Shown: in pieces, positions 44,505 through 54,604 of the stretch
Position numbering within the stretch: the first letter of the stretch is position 1
Layout: every line of letters begins with the position of its first letter
DNA from: a virus
Virus record (IMG/VR): IMGVR_UViG_3300026538_000054
Coordinates: 64,285-128,284 of that record
Direction: 5' to 3' (one strand)
DNA: 64,000 bases
Translations under genes and position numbers: made by a program
Notes under the pieces: generated by a model
What the model was told of the DNA's origin: nothing
Databases searched by the model: none
What the model saw: only the letters and a program-made list of their open reading frames with translations

Positions 44505-45395
44505 ATGCTTTTAAGCCCTCATGACCCCTTTCGACCTGCTGACTGGCGGTGGCTCAGGGCCTGCTGGCTCCTGGGCCCTGACGCCAGGTCGTGTCGCAAG
44601 AAGGGCGAGGACGAGCACGTCAAGGTGGCGAAGACCTTTCTCACCAAGTGGCAGAAGGCCACCACGGACGTGGGGCGCTACTCCCTGGCCGACAAGTACC
44701 CGGGCGTCTACTTCGCTCGGTCTCTGAAAGAGGCCTCGGGGCCTGACGACCGCTTTGTCCTCGAGGCGCGCGTCCTGGCGAATCAACCGGCCGAGGTTAT
44801 TGCGGGGAAGATGCACACGACCCCCGAGGTGGTCTTCTGGTACGAGAAGCTTTTTTTCGACGTGCGAAGCAACCTGCACCGAAGGGACTGGCTCGTCAAC
44901 CGGGTCCTGGGCCCGAGTTTCCACCGAGGCGTCAAGGCGAGGGAGTTTGATCTTCTCTTGAAGCTCTACGCCCTGACCGGCGGCCCGGCGGTCATTGACG
45001 CTCTGGTTGAAGGCTCGGCCCTGGTCATCAACCAGCCCGTTCAGAAGAAGGACGTCCAGGCCTTCTTCATCGCCGACAAGATGGACACGCTCGCGCGACA
45101 GGGAGCGCTTGCCGCCCGGTGCATGCCGGTCCTCTCCGAGACGCAAGCGCTGGTCCTCGATGCGCACCACAAGGCGATGTCCCTCGAGGCCGAGCTGAAA
45201 AGCTCAAACCAGGGGCCGCAGTCGGCCTGGCACGCCGGCGCCGACATGGTGCTCAAGGCCCTGGTCTTCCGTTCTCCTGAGGAACAGGCGGCCGCCCCGA
45301 CAAGGGAAAAGAAGCCGGCAGGCCGCCACGACGAGCTCTTCAAGGACTTCAAGATCACGGAGTCACTCAATGGCAAATCAGGCGAGAAGGCTTGA
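44505..45395 (+). CDS. hypothetical protein
   Basis: 296-aa ORF; TTGTTTTCCGGAAAACAA palindrome directly upstream. Confidence 0.7.
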   Translation: MLLSPHDPFRPADWRWLRACWLLGPDARSCRKKGEDEHVKVAKTFLTKWQKATTDVGRYSLADKYPGVYFARSLKEASGPDDRFVLEARVLANQPAEVIAGKMHTTPEVVFWYEKLFFDVRSNLHRRDWLVNRVLGPSFHRGVKAREFDLLLKLYALTGGPAVIDALVEGSALVINQPVQKKDVQAFFIADKMDTLARQGALAARCMPVLSETQALVLDAHHKAMSLEAELKSSNQGPQSAWHAGADMVLKALVFRSPEEQAAAPTREKKPAGRHDELFKDFKITESLNGKSGEKA

Positions 45396-46893
45396 CAGGG
45401 ACGACGAGTCAAGGCTCTTGCGTTTCATCGACAGGGTTAACGACCTGGTGGAAGAGGGCGAGCTCCCCACCGACGCCGTGGTGAAGGTTGCTTCCACGGT
45501 GAAGCTCCCTCCCGGTCATGTACGGCTGGCCTGCCAGGGCTTCAACATCGGCCGGGCCAACTTCCTGAGAAAGACCGCGGAGAGCCTGCTCGAAAGAGCG
45601 CAGCCCGTGCCCCTCGCTGACGCCGAGGAAGCGTTGCGCAGGCTGTACCCGGACCATGTGGTCTCCGCGGCCGCCCTGGTCCGTTCGCATGGTCTCTCAG
45701 GCGATTACACGAGCGGCGAGAACGAGCTCAAGAAGGCCGCGCGCGCCATGAAGCGCTCCGCCCGGCAGGAGATGGAGAAGACGGCCTCTTGTGACGCGCC
45801 CCCGGGACCAGTGAGGCGCGTTCACCGAGAGCTGGAGAGAAAGGCCGCCTCGGCCGTCAGACAGTGGCGCAGGCTGCTTGCCCAGCTCGATGCCAACGTC
45901 GTCCACGCCGAAGACGGGGTGAAGAGCGCGTGTGAAGAGGCCGTGCTCTGTGTTCGGCGAGGAGAGGTCGCCAACCTCGATCAGGCCGAGAAGGACTTCG
46001 TCGCCCTGAGAGGCGGCCCGGCGGCTGAGCTGTTCTCGTACCTCAAAGAGAAGTGCGCGTCTTTCCGCTACGTCAAGGAGGCGAGGCAGTTTACGGGCCC
46101 TTGCGTGATCGACCAGGGCAAAAGGCCCTGGTCGGTCTTCCTGGTCGCCTGTGACGCGATAGAGCTCGCCAAGCAGGCGGTCGCGGAGAAAGAGGCTGCT
46201 CAAAAGGAGGAGTCGCCGAGGCTGCTCCAGGAGGCGCTGTTTCCTTTCCTCGAGCAAGAGAAACAGGCCGCGGCCGCGCAGAAAGATTCCCTGCCGGGCG
46301 CCAAAGGCGGGCCGGCTGACTTCTTGAACCGCGCGGGAGAGGGGGTGATCAGCATGATGCGCCCTTTCGGCAGTACGGCCCTTGACACGTTCGGGGCCCT
46401 GACTGCGCCTCTGCGCGACCACGATCAGTCCAGCGCCAACTGGAAGGGCAAGGATGACAAGGCCCTGGCTCACCTCACGAGCGTCTCTCACGAGGGCGCC
46501 ATGGAACACGCGCGCCTCAAGGCCGTACTTTCCGACCTGTCCGCCAATGACCCGGTGATCTCGGGCTACCACCCTGACGACGTGTCCGAGGCCTTCAACG
46601 AGCTCCAGCAACTGGCGCCGCGGGCGACCCGGCAGCCCGCGCTGCTCAAGGCGCTTCTTCGTCGCCACCTGGCCCAGGGCTCGCTGGACACCCACGAGCT
46701 CAAGCAGCTCCTGGACGCCGAGAAGCAACTCCGTGATGTGCGCACGGTCCCCGGCGCCGACAAGAGCTTGCCCGAGGACCTCAGGCCCGTCGGGCCGATC
46801 GGCGGCGGGCGCGGCTACGGACGAGAGGGCGGTTCGCCCAAATCGCCCTTGGCCTCCATCATTTCCCGCATCGGAGAGAGGGCGACGACGTGA
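45370..46893 (+). CDS. virion protein, K-x-A rich
   Basis: KVAS, KTAE, KKAA, EKTAS, RKAAS, KSAC, KEAR, EKQAA. Confidence 0.7.
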   Translation: MANQARRLDRDDESRLLRFIDRVNDLVEEGELPTDAVVKVASTVKLPPGHVRLACQGFNIGRANFLRKTAESLLERAQPVPLADAEEALRRLYPDHVVSAAALVRSHGLSGDYTSGENELKKAARAMKRSARQEMEKTASCDAPPGPVRRVHRELERKAASAVRQWRRLLAQLDANVVHAEDGVKSACEEAVLCVRRGEVANLDQAEKDFVALRGGPAAELFSYLKEKCASFRYVKEARQFTGPCVIDQGKRPWSVFLVACDAIELAKQAVAEKEAAQKEESPRLLQEALFPFLEQEKQAAAAQKDSLPGAKGGPADFLNRAGEGVISMMRPFGSTALDTFGALTAPLRDHDQSSANWKGKDDKALAHLTSVSHEGAMEHARLKAVLSDLSANDPVISGYHPDDVSEAFNELQQLAPRATRQPALLKALLRRHLAQGSLDTHELKQLLDAEKQLRDVRTVPGADKSLPEDLRPVGPIGGGRGYGREGGSPKSPLASIISRIGERATT

Positions 46894-48245
46894 CCGATCG
46901 CTTCGACTTCCTGAAGAAGGGCTACGAGGAGGCCCTGGAAGAGATCGCGCTTGGCGCCGAGCTGGTGCGAGCCTTGCGTCACGGCCCCTCGCTCGAGAAG
47001 AAAGCAGACGGCGAAGAGAGCACCTCTCAGCTGGGAGATCTCGCCAACCAGGCCCGCTCCTACAACGCCGTGAACTACGGCCTCCTGGGCGCTGGCGCCG
47101 GGGCGGGCGTCGGCCTCCTGCGAGGCCTCATGAGCAAGAAGAAGCGCCAGCTCCTGAGAGACGCCCTCACGGGCGCTCTGGCCGGCGGGGCCATAGGGGC
47201 TGGCGCCGGCGGCCTGACGGACGCGTTGGGCCAGAGCAAGAAAGACGACAAGCCTGCCACTCCCCAGCCGCCAGGGACCAGGCCGTTAAGCGGCCCTCCG
47301 GAGGCTGGCCGTATGCAGAGGCTAACCACGGACTTTCTCCACCGAAGCGGCAGTAACCCTGAGGACGTGCAGCAAGCCGTACGGCGTCACACGGAGGCCT
47401 GGCACGACGCCAGCGCCAGGGCCACGGCCCTGGAGAGATCTGGTCGGCAGGACGAAGCCAGGGCCCTGAGAGAGCAGGCCGGCGCTGCTTACACGACCGG
47501 CCTTGCGTCCGTAAGCGCCGCCGTGGATCGCAACCGCTCTGACACCAACATGTTTGGGCGGGCCTACAGAGCGTTTACGTCACCAGGGCTTGGGTACGTC
47601 GAGAACGCGCAAGAGGGGCTGGCGGAACTGGACCCAGGGCTCAAACACGCTCTGCCATGGACGGACGCCTTCGAGCGATCTCACCAGACGCACGCGGCCA
47701 GGGGCGGCTACGGCCTTGCAGGCGCCCTCGCTGCGGCCTCTGGTGTCGGCGCTTATGGCTTGATGCAACGTCGGCAGAACACCTCTCTCCTGCGAGAGGC
47801 CCTGCAGGGTCAGCTCCGGACGCAAGGCCCTGTCAAGGACCAGCTGAGCGCCCTGGGCGCGGCCGACCCCACGCTTCAGCCTTTGCTCACCGGCCTGGCG
47901 GGCCACACCGGACAGATAGATCGCTCGTTGCTGGGTGGCCGCGTCGGCTCGACAGCCCTCCCGAACGGGCCGACCCTGTCAAGACCACAGACCAGCGCCC
48001 TGTTAGGCGTGGCCAGGACCGCGAACAATCAACTGGGCCGACCCGTGGGGCCGAGCCGCAAGGCGACAACTGCCGTCGTCGGTGCCGGGGCTACCCTGCC
48101 TCTTCTCGGGTACGGTCTCTACCGGCGGTTTACCTCTCCTGTCAGCAACTGGAACACGGGCCAGCCGGCGGTGGCAGACCAGGCGTCAGTTACGAACCGG
48201 ATCGTCGCTGAAGAGCGCGCGAGAAGAGGGGAGACGTCGCCGTGA
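46890..48245 (+). CDS. putative virion/ejection protein with Gly-rich hydrophobic segments
   Basis: EKKAD then GLLGAGAGAGVGLL / GALAGGAIGAGAGG. Confidence 0.65.
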   Translation: MTDRFDFLKKGYEEALEEIALGAELVRALRHGPSLEKKADGEESTSQLGDLANQARSYNAVNYGLLGAGAGAGVGLLRGLMSKKKRQLLRDALTGALAGGAIGAGAGGLTDALGQSKKDDKPATPQPPGTRPLSGPPEAGRMQRLTTDFLHRSGSNPEDVQQAVRRHTEAWHDASARATALERSGRQDEARALREQAGAAYTTGLASVSAAVDRNRSDTNMFGRAYRAFTSPGLGYVENAQEGLAELDPGLKHALPWTDAFERSHQTHAARGGYGLAGALAAASGVGAYGLMQRRQNTSLLREALQGQLRTQGPVKDQLSALGAADPTLQPLLTGLAGHTGQIDRSLLGGRVGSTALPNGPTLSRPQTSALLGVARTANNQLGRPVGPSRKATTAVVGAGATLPLLGYGLYRRFTSPVSNWNTGQPAVADQASVTNRIVAEERARRGETSP

Positions 48246-50761
48246 GCATGACCAAGACCTTCGGGCCCGACGGTTGGGCCTTCGGTGATGAAGCTCCCTG
48301 TGCCAGGCTGGTGAAGGTTGGCAGAGAGGGGCTTCGCGGAAATGACCTCAGGGACTTCATCAAGCGAGCCGGGCACTACCTGGCCGATGTGGTGCGAGGT
48401 CTAGAGTTCAAGCCTGGAGAGGTCCCCGTTCATGTTCTTGCCGTCGGCGCGACCGAGTTCTGGGCGCCGAACAAGAACTTTGACGGCTTCATGGAGAAGG
48501 CGTGTCGTAAACACCACCACACGTTTGAGAAGTACGCGAAGTGGTTCTATGACCATAAAAATTCGAGCGGCTCTCCGCACTACGGGCTGGTCAAGAAATC
48601 CGTTTACAACCCGGAGATGCACCGAGTCGAGTTAGTCGTGGCCCTCAACGGCAACGAGGAAATCGCTCGCTCCAATGCCGGGTATGTGGCCGAGAGGACC
48701 CTGAAGAAGATGGCCGAAGGGAGACCGGCCGGGGCTAGTATGAGCTGCGTGCTGGACCCGCTCACGCCGGTACTGACAGCGACCGGCTACAAGGCGATCA
48801 CCGACGTCACCATCGGGGACCTGGTCTACACCCACATGGGGCGATGGCGGCGTGTCAAGGAGCTAAACCGACGCACCTATACGGGCGATGTCGTATCCGC
48901 GAAAGTCAACGGCCTGCCTTACACGCTGGAGCTAACGGCTGACCACCCGATGAGGGCCAAGGTCCTTCAGGACTACCCTGCGCTCAGGCAGCGACAGCGG
49001 CCAGTGGCCCAGTGGGCGCAGGAAGTCGAGGCGGGGGCGGAGGCGTTTGAGTGGATACACGCCGGCCATCTGCAGAAGGACGATCGCATCGAGGTCGTCC
49101 CTGTGTCGCATTTCCCCGACCAGCCGGTGCTCGACGACCCTCGCTTCGCGGCTCTTCTGGGGACCTACGTCGCTGAGGGCAGTCTCGAGTTCAACAAGGA
49201 CAAGCCCGCGCTCGTGAACTTCACCGTCCACGTCGACGACTGGTCGATGAGCGGCGTGCCATCGATCGTGCGTGAGCTGTGGCCTGCCACCTACGTTGCC
49301 ATACGGCCGAAATCCAACAGCGCGGTCTCGTTCACACTGGCCGTTAGCAACAGGGAGCTGGCCGACTGGATGCTCGCGCTGGTAGGCGAGGGAGCGACCA
49401 CGAAACGAGTCCCGCCTGGGCTGTTTGCTGCGCCGGAGGAGTGCAAGCGAGTCTTCATGGGGCGGTGGCTGGACGGGGACGGCTTCTGCGATATCAAGGG
49501 CGCGCACTGGTCGAGCGCCAGTTTGTCGCTGATCCTTCAGGGACGCGATCTGCTCCTGTCGATGGGGGTGGCTTCGTCCATCTACCGGATCGTCCACAAC
49601 AACGGCTACAAGATAGGCGCGGTCGAGTTCACCCTGAACATCTCCCCTTTCGACGCCGATTTCCTCGTTGGCCGCTCGCTCAAAGTCTCGCAAAACGCCA
49701 GGTACTTCTCGCTCTTCAAGCGGACGAAGCCGCCTTGCCTCTATGAGGTTGGCACCAGCTACGCCTATCGCGTGAAAGAGGTCTCTGTCAGGAGGGTGGA
49801 GAACGCGCCGACCTGGAACCTGGAGGTGGAAGAGGACGAGTCTTATTCGCTCCTCGGGATGGTTAGTCACAACTGCAAAGTGGCCTTTGATTCCTGCAGT
49901 TTTTGCGGCAACAGGGCGAGAAACCGCGACGAATACTGCACCGAGAAGACGTGCAGTGCCGGCGGGCTGAAGGGAAACATGGGCACTGTTCTCAAGTGCG
50001 GTCATGTGCTTCACGCCGACAACCCGGAGCCCGTCTTCTTCGATATCTCGGACGTCGAAAGCCCCGCGGAGCGCACCGCCTACGTCCTGGGCCGTCTCGA
50101 CAAGATGGCGGCCGAAGCGCCGCCCCCTGTTTTCGCCCCTCGCGACGAAGACGGTCCTTCGTGTCTCGATGCTCTCTTTCTGACCGATGCCGAACGGCTG
50201 GTGAAAGAGCTCATCACCCTCGAGAAGATCGCCGACTTCAGAGCGGTGGCCCCGGCTCTCCCGCAAGGGGCCTCTCCCTGCGTCTTCAGGGGGACGGTCT
50301 CTCAGGCGCTTTCCTCTCTCGCCCACAGGGGACAGGTGCTGCCTCCCTGCGAGTGGTTATCTCTGATCGTTGGTGATCACGCCAAGGCCGCCTCTGTCGC
50401 GCCTTTGCTTGCTCCCCTGGCCTCTCTGGGCCTGGCGCGACTTTTGCGCTACCCCTCCTATCTCGAGAAGGCCTCGCGTTTTCTCTCTGCGGGGCCGGGC
50501 GATCAGAGTGCGGAACGGTTTTCCCTATTGGCGCCCGACCTCCGGAAAAGACTTCTTCTGGCCTCTTTACACGATGAATCGGGGCCGGCGCTGTCCAATC
50601 AGTCGCTTCTGGTCAAATCAGGTGCTGACTTGCTCGACCTGGCTGCGCACTACTCGGCCTATGGCGTATGCTCCTTGCTTCTTGCCGAGAGAAACCATTC
50701 AGTATCTCGTTTGACGCGATGCGCACTGCTGGCCCAGAATCGCCTAGTCCCCGATGCGTGA
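48242..50761 (+). CDS. prohead (capsid maturation) protease with intein
   Basis: N.NFDGF, YDHKN (His), VELVV, GASMS|CKVAFDSCSFCGN (Ser motif and Zn ribbon), FFDISDV; upstream of scaffold and capsid genes. Confidence 0.75.
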   Translation: MSMTKTFGPDGWAFGDEAPCARLVKVGREGLRGNDLRDFIKRAGHYLADVVRGLEFKPGEVPVHVLAVGATEFWAPNKNFDGFMEKACRKHHHTFEKYAKWFYDHKNSSGSPHYGLVKKSVYNPEMHRVELVVALNGNEEIARSNAGYVAERTLKKMAEGRPAGASMSCVLDPLTPVLTATGYKAITDVTIGDLVYTHMGRWRRVKELNRRTYTGDVVSAKVNGLPYTLELTADHPMRAKVLQDYPALRQRQRPVAQWAQEVEAGAEAFEWIHAGHLQKDDRIEVVPVSHFPDQPVLDDPRFAALLGTYVAEGSLEFNKDKPALVNFTVHVDDWSMSGVPSIVRELWPATYVAIRPKSNSAVSFTLAVSNRELADWMLALVGEGATTKRVPPGLFAAPEECKRVFMGRWLDGDGFCDIKGAHWSSASLSLILQGRDLLLSMGVASSIYRIVHNNGYKIGAVEFTLNISPFDADFLVGRSLKVSQNARYFSLFKRTKPPCLYEVGTSYAYRVKEVSVRRVENAPTWNLEVEEDESYSLLGMVSHNCKVAFDSCSFCGNRARNRDEYCTEKTCSAGGLKGNMGTVLKCGHVLHADNPEPVFFDISDVESPAERTAYVLGRLDKMAAEAPPPVFAPRDEDGPSCLDALFLTDAERLVKELITLEKIADFRAVAPALPQGASPCVFRGTVSQALSSLAHRGQVLPPCEWLSLIVGDHAKAASVAPLLAPLASLGLARLLRYPSYLEKASRFLSAGPGDQSAERFSLLAPDLRKRLLLASLHDESGPALSNQSLLVKSGADLLDLAAHYSAYGVCSLLLAERNHSVSRLTRCALLAQNRLVPDA
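48746..49873 (+). mobile_element. intein with LAGLIDADG endonuclease (376 aa)
   Basis: CVLDPLTPV, LTADHP, LLGTYVAEGS, FMGRWLDGDG, TWNLEVEEDESY...VSHN|C. Confidence 0.93.
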
Positions 50762-50809
50762 AGAAGGCCTCTCGCCTTCTTCACCTAAGGGAGAAGAGGG
50801 CGAGTGGAC

Positions 50810-52129
50810 ATGCCCGCGGTCATCGACAAGAACAGCACACTGGGTCGGATCAACGACATCCTGAAGCAGATCCAGGGCGAGAAGCAGGCCGCGGCCAAGA
50901 AGGCCACGGAGATGGGCCTGTCAGGCTCGGCTGCGGACGACCCGGGTAGTGTGGGCGGCACGTCCAGTCACCCGACGGCCGACGCCGACTCAGGCGCAGG
51001 CAAAGCACCCCTGGGTGAGCGGGGCAAGGAGAACGAAGAGGACGTCAAGGAGGTGTTCCCGGCGGCCGTGGACGCCACCACGCCGGGAGAGGGCGGCTCG
51101 CAAGAGGACCACACGCAGGACATTGGGATGCGCCCGTCCGCCACGGGCGAGGACCCGTCCGTAGAAGACAACTACGACCACACCCAGCCGGACCCCGGCA
51201 CCACCCACCCCGCTCGCGCCGACGCCGAGAAGACCGCCGCCGACTACCAGAAAATGGCTTTCGATCCTCTGGTCAAGCTGGCCTTCGACAAGATGAACGG
51301 CGTTTTGAAAGAGATCGGCGACGGCGCCGACGTGGAGAAGAAGGCCTCGCCCGCCAAGCCAGCCAAGCCCGGAGCGCCCGCCACTCAAGCCCCGCCAACC
51401 TCGGCGCAGACTCGCAAGGCCGCCGAGGCCGGCTATCAGACCGCCGGCACGGGCCTGGACAAGAAGGCCGCTGCTCAGGCGATGATCGAGCGGGCCCTCT
51501 TGGAGGCCGAGGCCGACGCGGACAGGGTAGGGCGCTTCCTCGTGCAGCACCAGGCCGCCAGGGCCAAGCAGGCCGCCTTCTTGAAGAAGCAGGCCGAGGG
51601 CGAACCGATGCCCATGCCGCCTCCCCCGCCGGGAGGCGGTGGCATGCCTCCTCCGGGCATGGATGGCGGGCAACTGCCTCCGGAGGCCTACGCCGGCGGC
51701 GGTGGAGCGCCTCCCCCCGATGCCGGCGGAGCCCCCCCGCCAGGCGAGGCTCCGCCCGGAGGTGGCGAAGACCACCAGGCTGCCCTGGAGGAGCTGGGGA
51801 ACGCCTTGCAAGAGGCGAACATCGACCCGCAGGAAATCATCGAGTTGGTCAAGAGCATGGGCCAGGGCGGCGGCGCCAACGGCGCGCCTCCTCCCGCCGG
51901 CGGCGAGAGGCCCCCTGCCTCCCCTGCCGAGAAGGAGGCCCGAACGAAGATGGCCGCCTCCCTGAAGTCCTTCCCCAAAGAGGCCTCTCACCTGGCCGGG
52001 CTGTGCAAACAGGTGGTTGACCTACGGGACAAGGGCAAGCTCCGTCTCAAGGCTGCTCGCTCGCCCGAGGGCCGTTCCCAGCGAGACGAGATCAAGCACT
52101 GGGTGCGGAACATCTGCGGCGTGCGATAA
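50810..52129 (+). CDS. scaffold-like/internal head protein
   Basis: acidic, Pro/Gly-rich, more than 10 K-x-A motifs; between protease and capsid. Confidence 0.6.
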   Translation: MPAVIDKNSTLGRINDILKQIQGEKQAAAKKATEMGLSGSAADDPGSVGGTSSHPTADADSGAGKAPLGERGKENEEDVKEVFPAAVDATTPGEGGSQEDHTQDIGMRPSATGEDPSVEDNYDHTQPDPGTTHPARADAEKTAADYQKMAFDPLVKLAFDKMNGVLKEIGDGADVEKKASPAKPAKPGAPATQAPPTSAQTRKAAEAGYQTAGTGLDKKAAAQAMIERALLEAEADADRVGRFLVQHQAARAKQAAFLKKQAEGEPMPMPPPPPGGGGMPPPGMDGGQLPPEAYAGGGGAPPPDAGGAPPPGEAPPGGGEDHQAALEELGNALQEANIDPQEIIELVKSMGQGGGANGAPPPAGGERPPASPAEKEARTKMAASLKSFPKEASHLAGLCKQVVDLRDKGKLRLKAARSPEGRSQRDEIKHWVRNICGVR

Positions 52130-52147
52130 GGCCGGAGCGACGAGGAC

Positions 52148-52573
52148 ATGGCGATGACCCAAACGTTGACCGAGAAAGCCATCGACGCTCTGGCCTGCGC
52201 TGGCGCCGCGCTCGAGAAGGCCGAGGCGATGCAGAAGCAGGCCGAGAACACCAGGGTCAAGGCGGCCGCCGCCCTTACCCCTGCTGTTTCCGCGCTGATC
52301 AAGGCGGGCCTCTACGACGAGACCATGCGCCAGGACCTGATCCGGGCGCTGGCCGATCCGGCCACGGCGCTTGAGGCCCTGAAGAAGGTGGCCGAGTATC
52401 ACGCCGCCAGCGTGACCACCACGAAACAGGCCATGGGCCGTGGTTATTCGCAGGCAGATAGCAACGGCGAAAAACGGCCGCGCGTCCTCTCCGACGTCCC
52501 GGGCGGAAAGTTGCGGCCGTCGGACCGGGTGTACTACGGCCTCCTTGGCGTGGAAGTGCCGCCGGACGCTTGA
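52148..52573 (+). CDS. head-associated protein
   Basis: helical, K-x-A motifs, position. Confidence 0.6.
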   Translation: MAMTQTLTEKAIDALACAGAALEKAEAMQKQAENTRVKAAAALTPAVSALIKAGLYDETMRQDLIRALADPATALEALKKVAEYHAASVTTTKQAMGRGYSQADSNGEKRPRVLSDVPGGKLRPSDRVYYGLLGVEVPPDA

Positions 52574-52575
52574 CG

Positions 52576-52612
52576 GCCCTACGGCCCTCTGCGGCGGGCT
52601 CGATGCCGTAAC
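52576..52612 (+). repeat. 37-bp pseudoknot/CRISPR-repeat-like element
   Basis: GCCCTACGGCCCTCTGCGGCGGGCTCGATGCCGTAAC, 2 bp after a stop codon. Confidence 0.75.
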
Positions 52613-52646
52613 AATGCCGCAATCAGACCAACGGGAGTGATCAGCG

Positions 52647-53219
52647 ATGCCGACCGTGCCCGACCAGCCTTACCTGTTCTCGCTCAACCCGATCAAGGGC
52701 TGGCCGAACGTGGCCGCCTGCGACTTCGTTGCCAAGCCCAGCGCGAACGTGCTCTACGATCTGCGCGCCGGCCAGTGCTGCCACTTGAACGCCTCAGGGG
52801 AGCTTGAGCCGGGCGTGGGCACCAGCAACATGGCCGTCTGGATCTTCCAGGGCGTCAACGCCTACGACGTCAGCACCGCCAGGCCCGCGGACTATCTCTG
52901 GGAGCCGATCACGCCGGGCGGCAACATCATGTGCATCCCGGCCAAGGCCTCCATGGAGCTGGAGACCACGGAGTACGTGTTCAGCCAGACCTTTGCGCCC
53001 AACAACTTGCTGAAGTCGCCCATTGGCAACACCGCCAACGACGAAGGGCTGTCCGCCACCAGGCGGCCGACCACCACTTCGTCGGGCGTCCTGCGCAACG
53101 ACGCGATCACCCTCTTCACGACGGCCGTCGTCGGCGTGGTCTCGAGGGGCGTTCGGACCAATTACAACAAGCGATCCATGCTCGGCTTCTGGCCGGTCTG
53201 GGGCCCTGGCACGGCGTGA
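52647..53219 (+). CDS. putative capsid decoration protein
   Basis: beta-rich 190 aa directly upstream of the capsid gene. Confidence 0.5.
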   Translation: MPTVPDQPYLFSLNPIKGWPNVAACDFVAKPSANVLYDLRAGQCCHLNASGELEPGVGTSNMAVWIFQGVNAYDVSTARPADYLWEPITPGGNIMCIPAKASMELETTEYVFSQTFAPNNLLKSPIGNTANDEGLSATRRPTTTSSGVLRNDAITLFTTAVVGVVSRGVRTNYNKRSMLGFWPVWGPGTA

Positions 53220-53265
53220 TCGCGCCCTTTGACCTACACGAGCAAGAGCCAGCGCGGAGGACAAG

Positions 53266-54201
53266 ATGGCCAGCTACGCCTTCGAGAAGGTCGCCAACGA
53301 GACCATGTTTGAGTGGTTGACGTCGCCCTCGGACGGACAGTTCAAGAAGGCGGAAGACGCCATCAACGGCTACACGCGCTACCGAGTGCGTGAAGACGGC
53401 ATTCATCGACGGGTGATGCCGTTCGTGGACCTGCCGAACGACGAGCTCGACAGGGACCACCAGGAGAAGCCGATCAAGTGGGTCGATCGCGAGCCTGATT
53501 CCCCCGCGGCCATCAGTGTGCCCTTCGCGACCTTGCCCGAGAACGTCTACATCCTGGGCATTCGCTACCCCGTAAAGTTCCACCGCGTTCAGACGGTGAA
53601 CTTCACGAAGGACGTGGACGAACTGCGCACCTACCACATGGACATTCGGCAGGTGCTCAGCGACAACTCGATCAAGGACATGCTCTACGAAGAGGACGTC
53701 AAGTTCTTCGGCACCGTCAACCGGGCCATGGGCGGCACGGTGGACACGTTGGCGCCCTGGTCGGGTGTCTATCAGTGGCGGAGCGTCCAGGGAGGCACCA
53801 CCAGGGACGGCACCCGCGAAGCGTTCAAGATCCTGCCTTCGGGGCCCACTCACCTCGAGGTCAAGACCGTGGTGATCAACAACGTCACCATGCAGGAGAT
53901 CATGAAGTGGGGCCGCGATGAGGTCGGTGGCGACTTCAGCCAGGACATGATGAAGAACGGCTACGAGGAGACCACCTTCCAGAAGGCCCAGTTGATCATC
54001 ACGATCAAGACGGACCTGGTGCCCAACGACACCATGTACATGTTCCCCGACGAGAAGTTCATCGGGCGGGCCTACACCCTTGACGACACCACCATGGCCG
54101 TCAAGCGGGAGTTCTTCATGATCAACTGGTTCTGCTACGAGACCATCGGGAGCTCCATCGGCAACGCGGCCTCCCCGACCAGGGCCGACCTGGCCGCGTG
54201 A
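53266..54201 (+). CDS. major capsid protein (putative HK97 fold)
   Basis: 311 aa, strongly biased codons, GGAGG RBS; RVREDG..RRVMP, DRE.DSPAA.SVPF, ELRTY.MDIR......IKDM..EED.KF; position. Confidence 0.75.
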   Translation: MASYAFEKVANETMFEWLTSPSDGQFKKAEDAINGYTRYRVREDGIHRRVMPFVDLPNDELDRDHQEKPIKWVDREPDSPAAISVPFATLPENVYILGIRYPVKFHRVQTVNFTKDVDELRTYHMDIRQVLSDNSIKDMLYEEDVKFFGTVNRAMGGTVDTLAPWSGVYQWRSVQGGTTRDGTREAFKILPSGPTHLEVKTVVINNVTMQEIMKWGRDEVGGDFSQDMMKNGYEETTFQKAQLIITIKTDLVPNDTMYMFPDEKFIGRAYTLDDTTMAVKREFFMINWFCYETIGSSIGNAASPTRADLAA

Positions 54202-54224
54202 TCGACCCAGAACGGAGCACGACC

Positions 54225-54602
54225 ATGAGCGAACAAAACTTCCCGCAGGCCGAATACGACCTCCTGATCGAGCAGGTCCACGCCCCGGTGTTCTTCGAGA
54301 AGCTGGCTCGGGACTACGGCGTCGTCCCGGCCTCCGAAGAAGAGAAGCTGAGCCTTCTGGAGCTGGCCGGCGTCCTTCAGACCGAGGAGGCCAGGGAGCT
54401 GGAGAAGAAGGCCTCCTCGCCCGACAGCCCGATCATCAGGGCCCTGGACGATCTCAAGAAGATCGTCGCCGCGGAGGGTCGGCCCCATTGGCCTACCAGT
54501 CACCAGAGGATGCTCAAGGCCGCTGCAAGCGAGCTGGCCCAGAGAGAGGACCTGGCTGAGGCCGCTGCGCGTTTCGGGGCCTGGCTCGCCCGCGGCGCCT
54601 GA
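54225..54602 (+). CDS. virion protein, K-x-A motifs
   Basis: FFEKLA, EKKAS, LKAAA. Confidence 0.65.
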   Translation: MSEQNFPQAEYDLLIEQVHAPVFFEKLARDYGVVPASEEEKLSLLELAGVLQTEEARELEKKASSPDSPIIRALDDLKKIVAAEGRPHWPTSHQRMLKAAASELAQREDLAEAAARFGAWLARGA

Positions 54603-54604
54603 TA

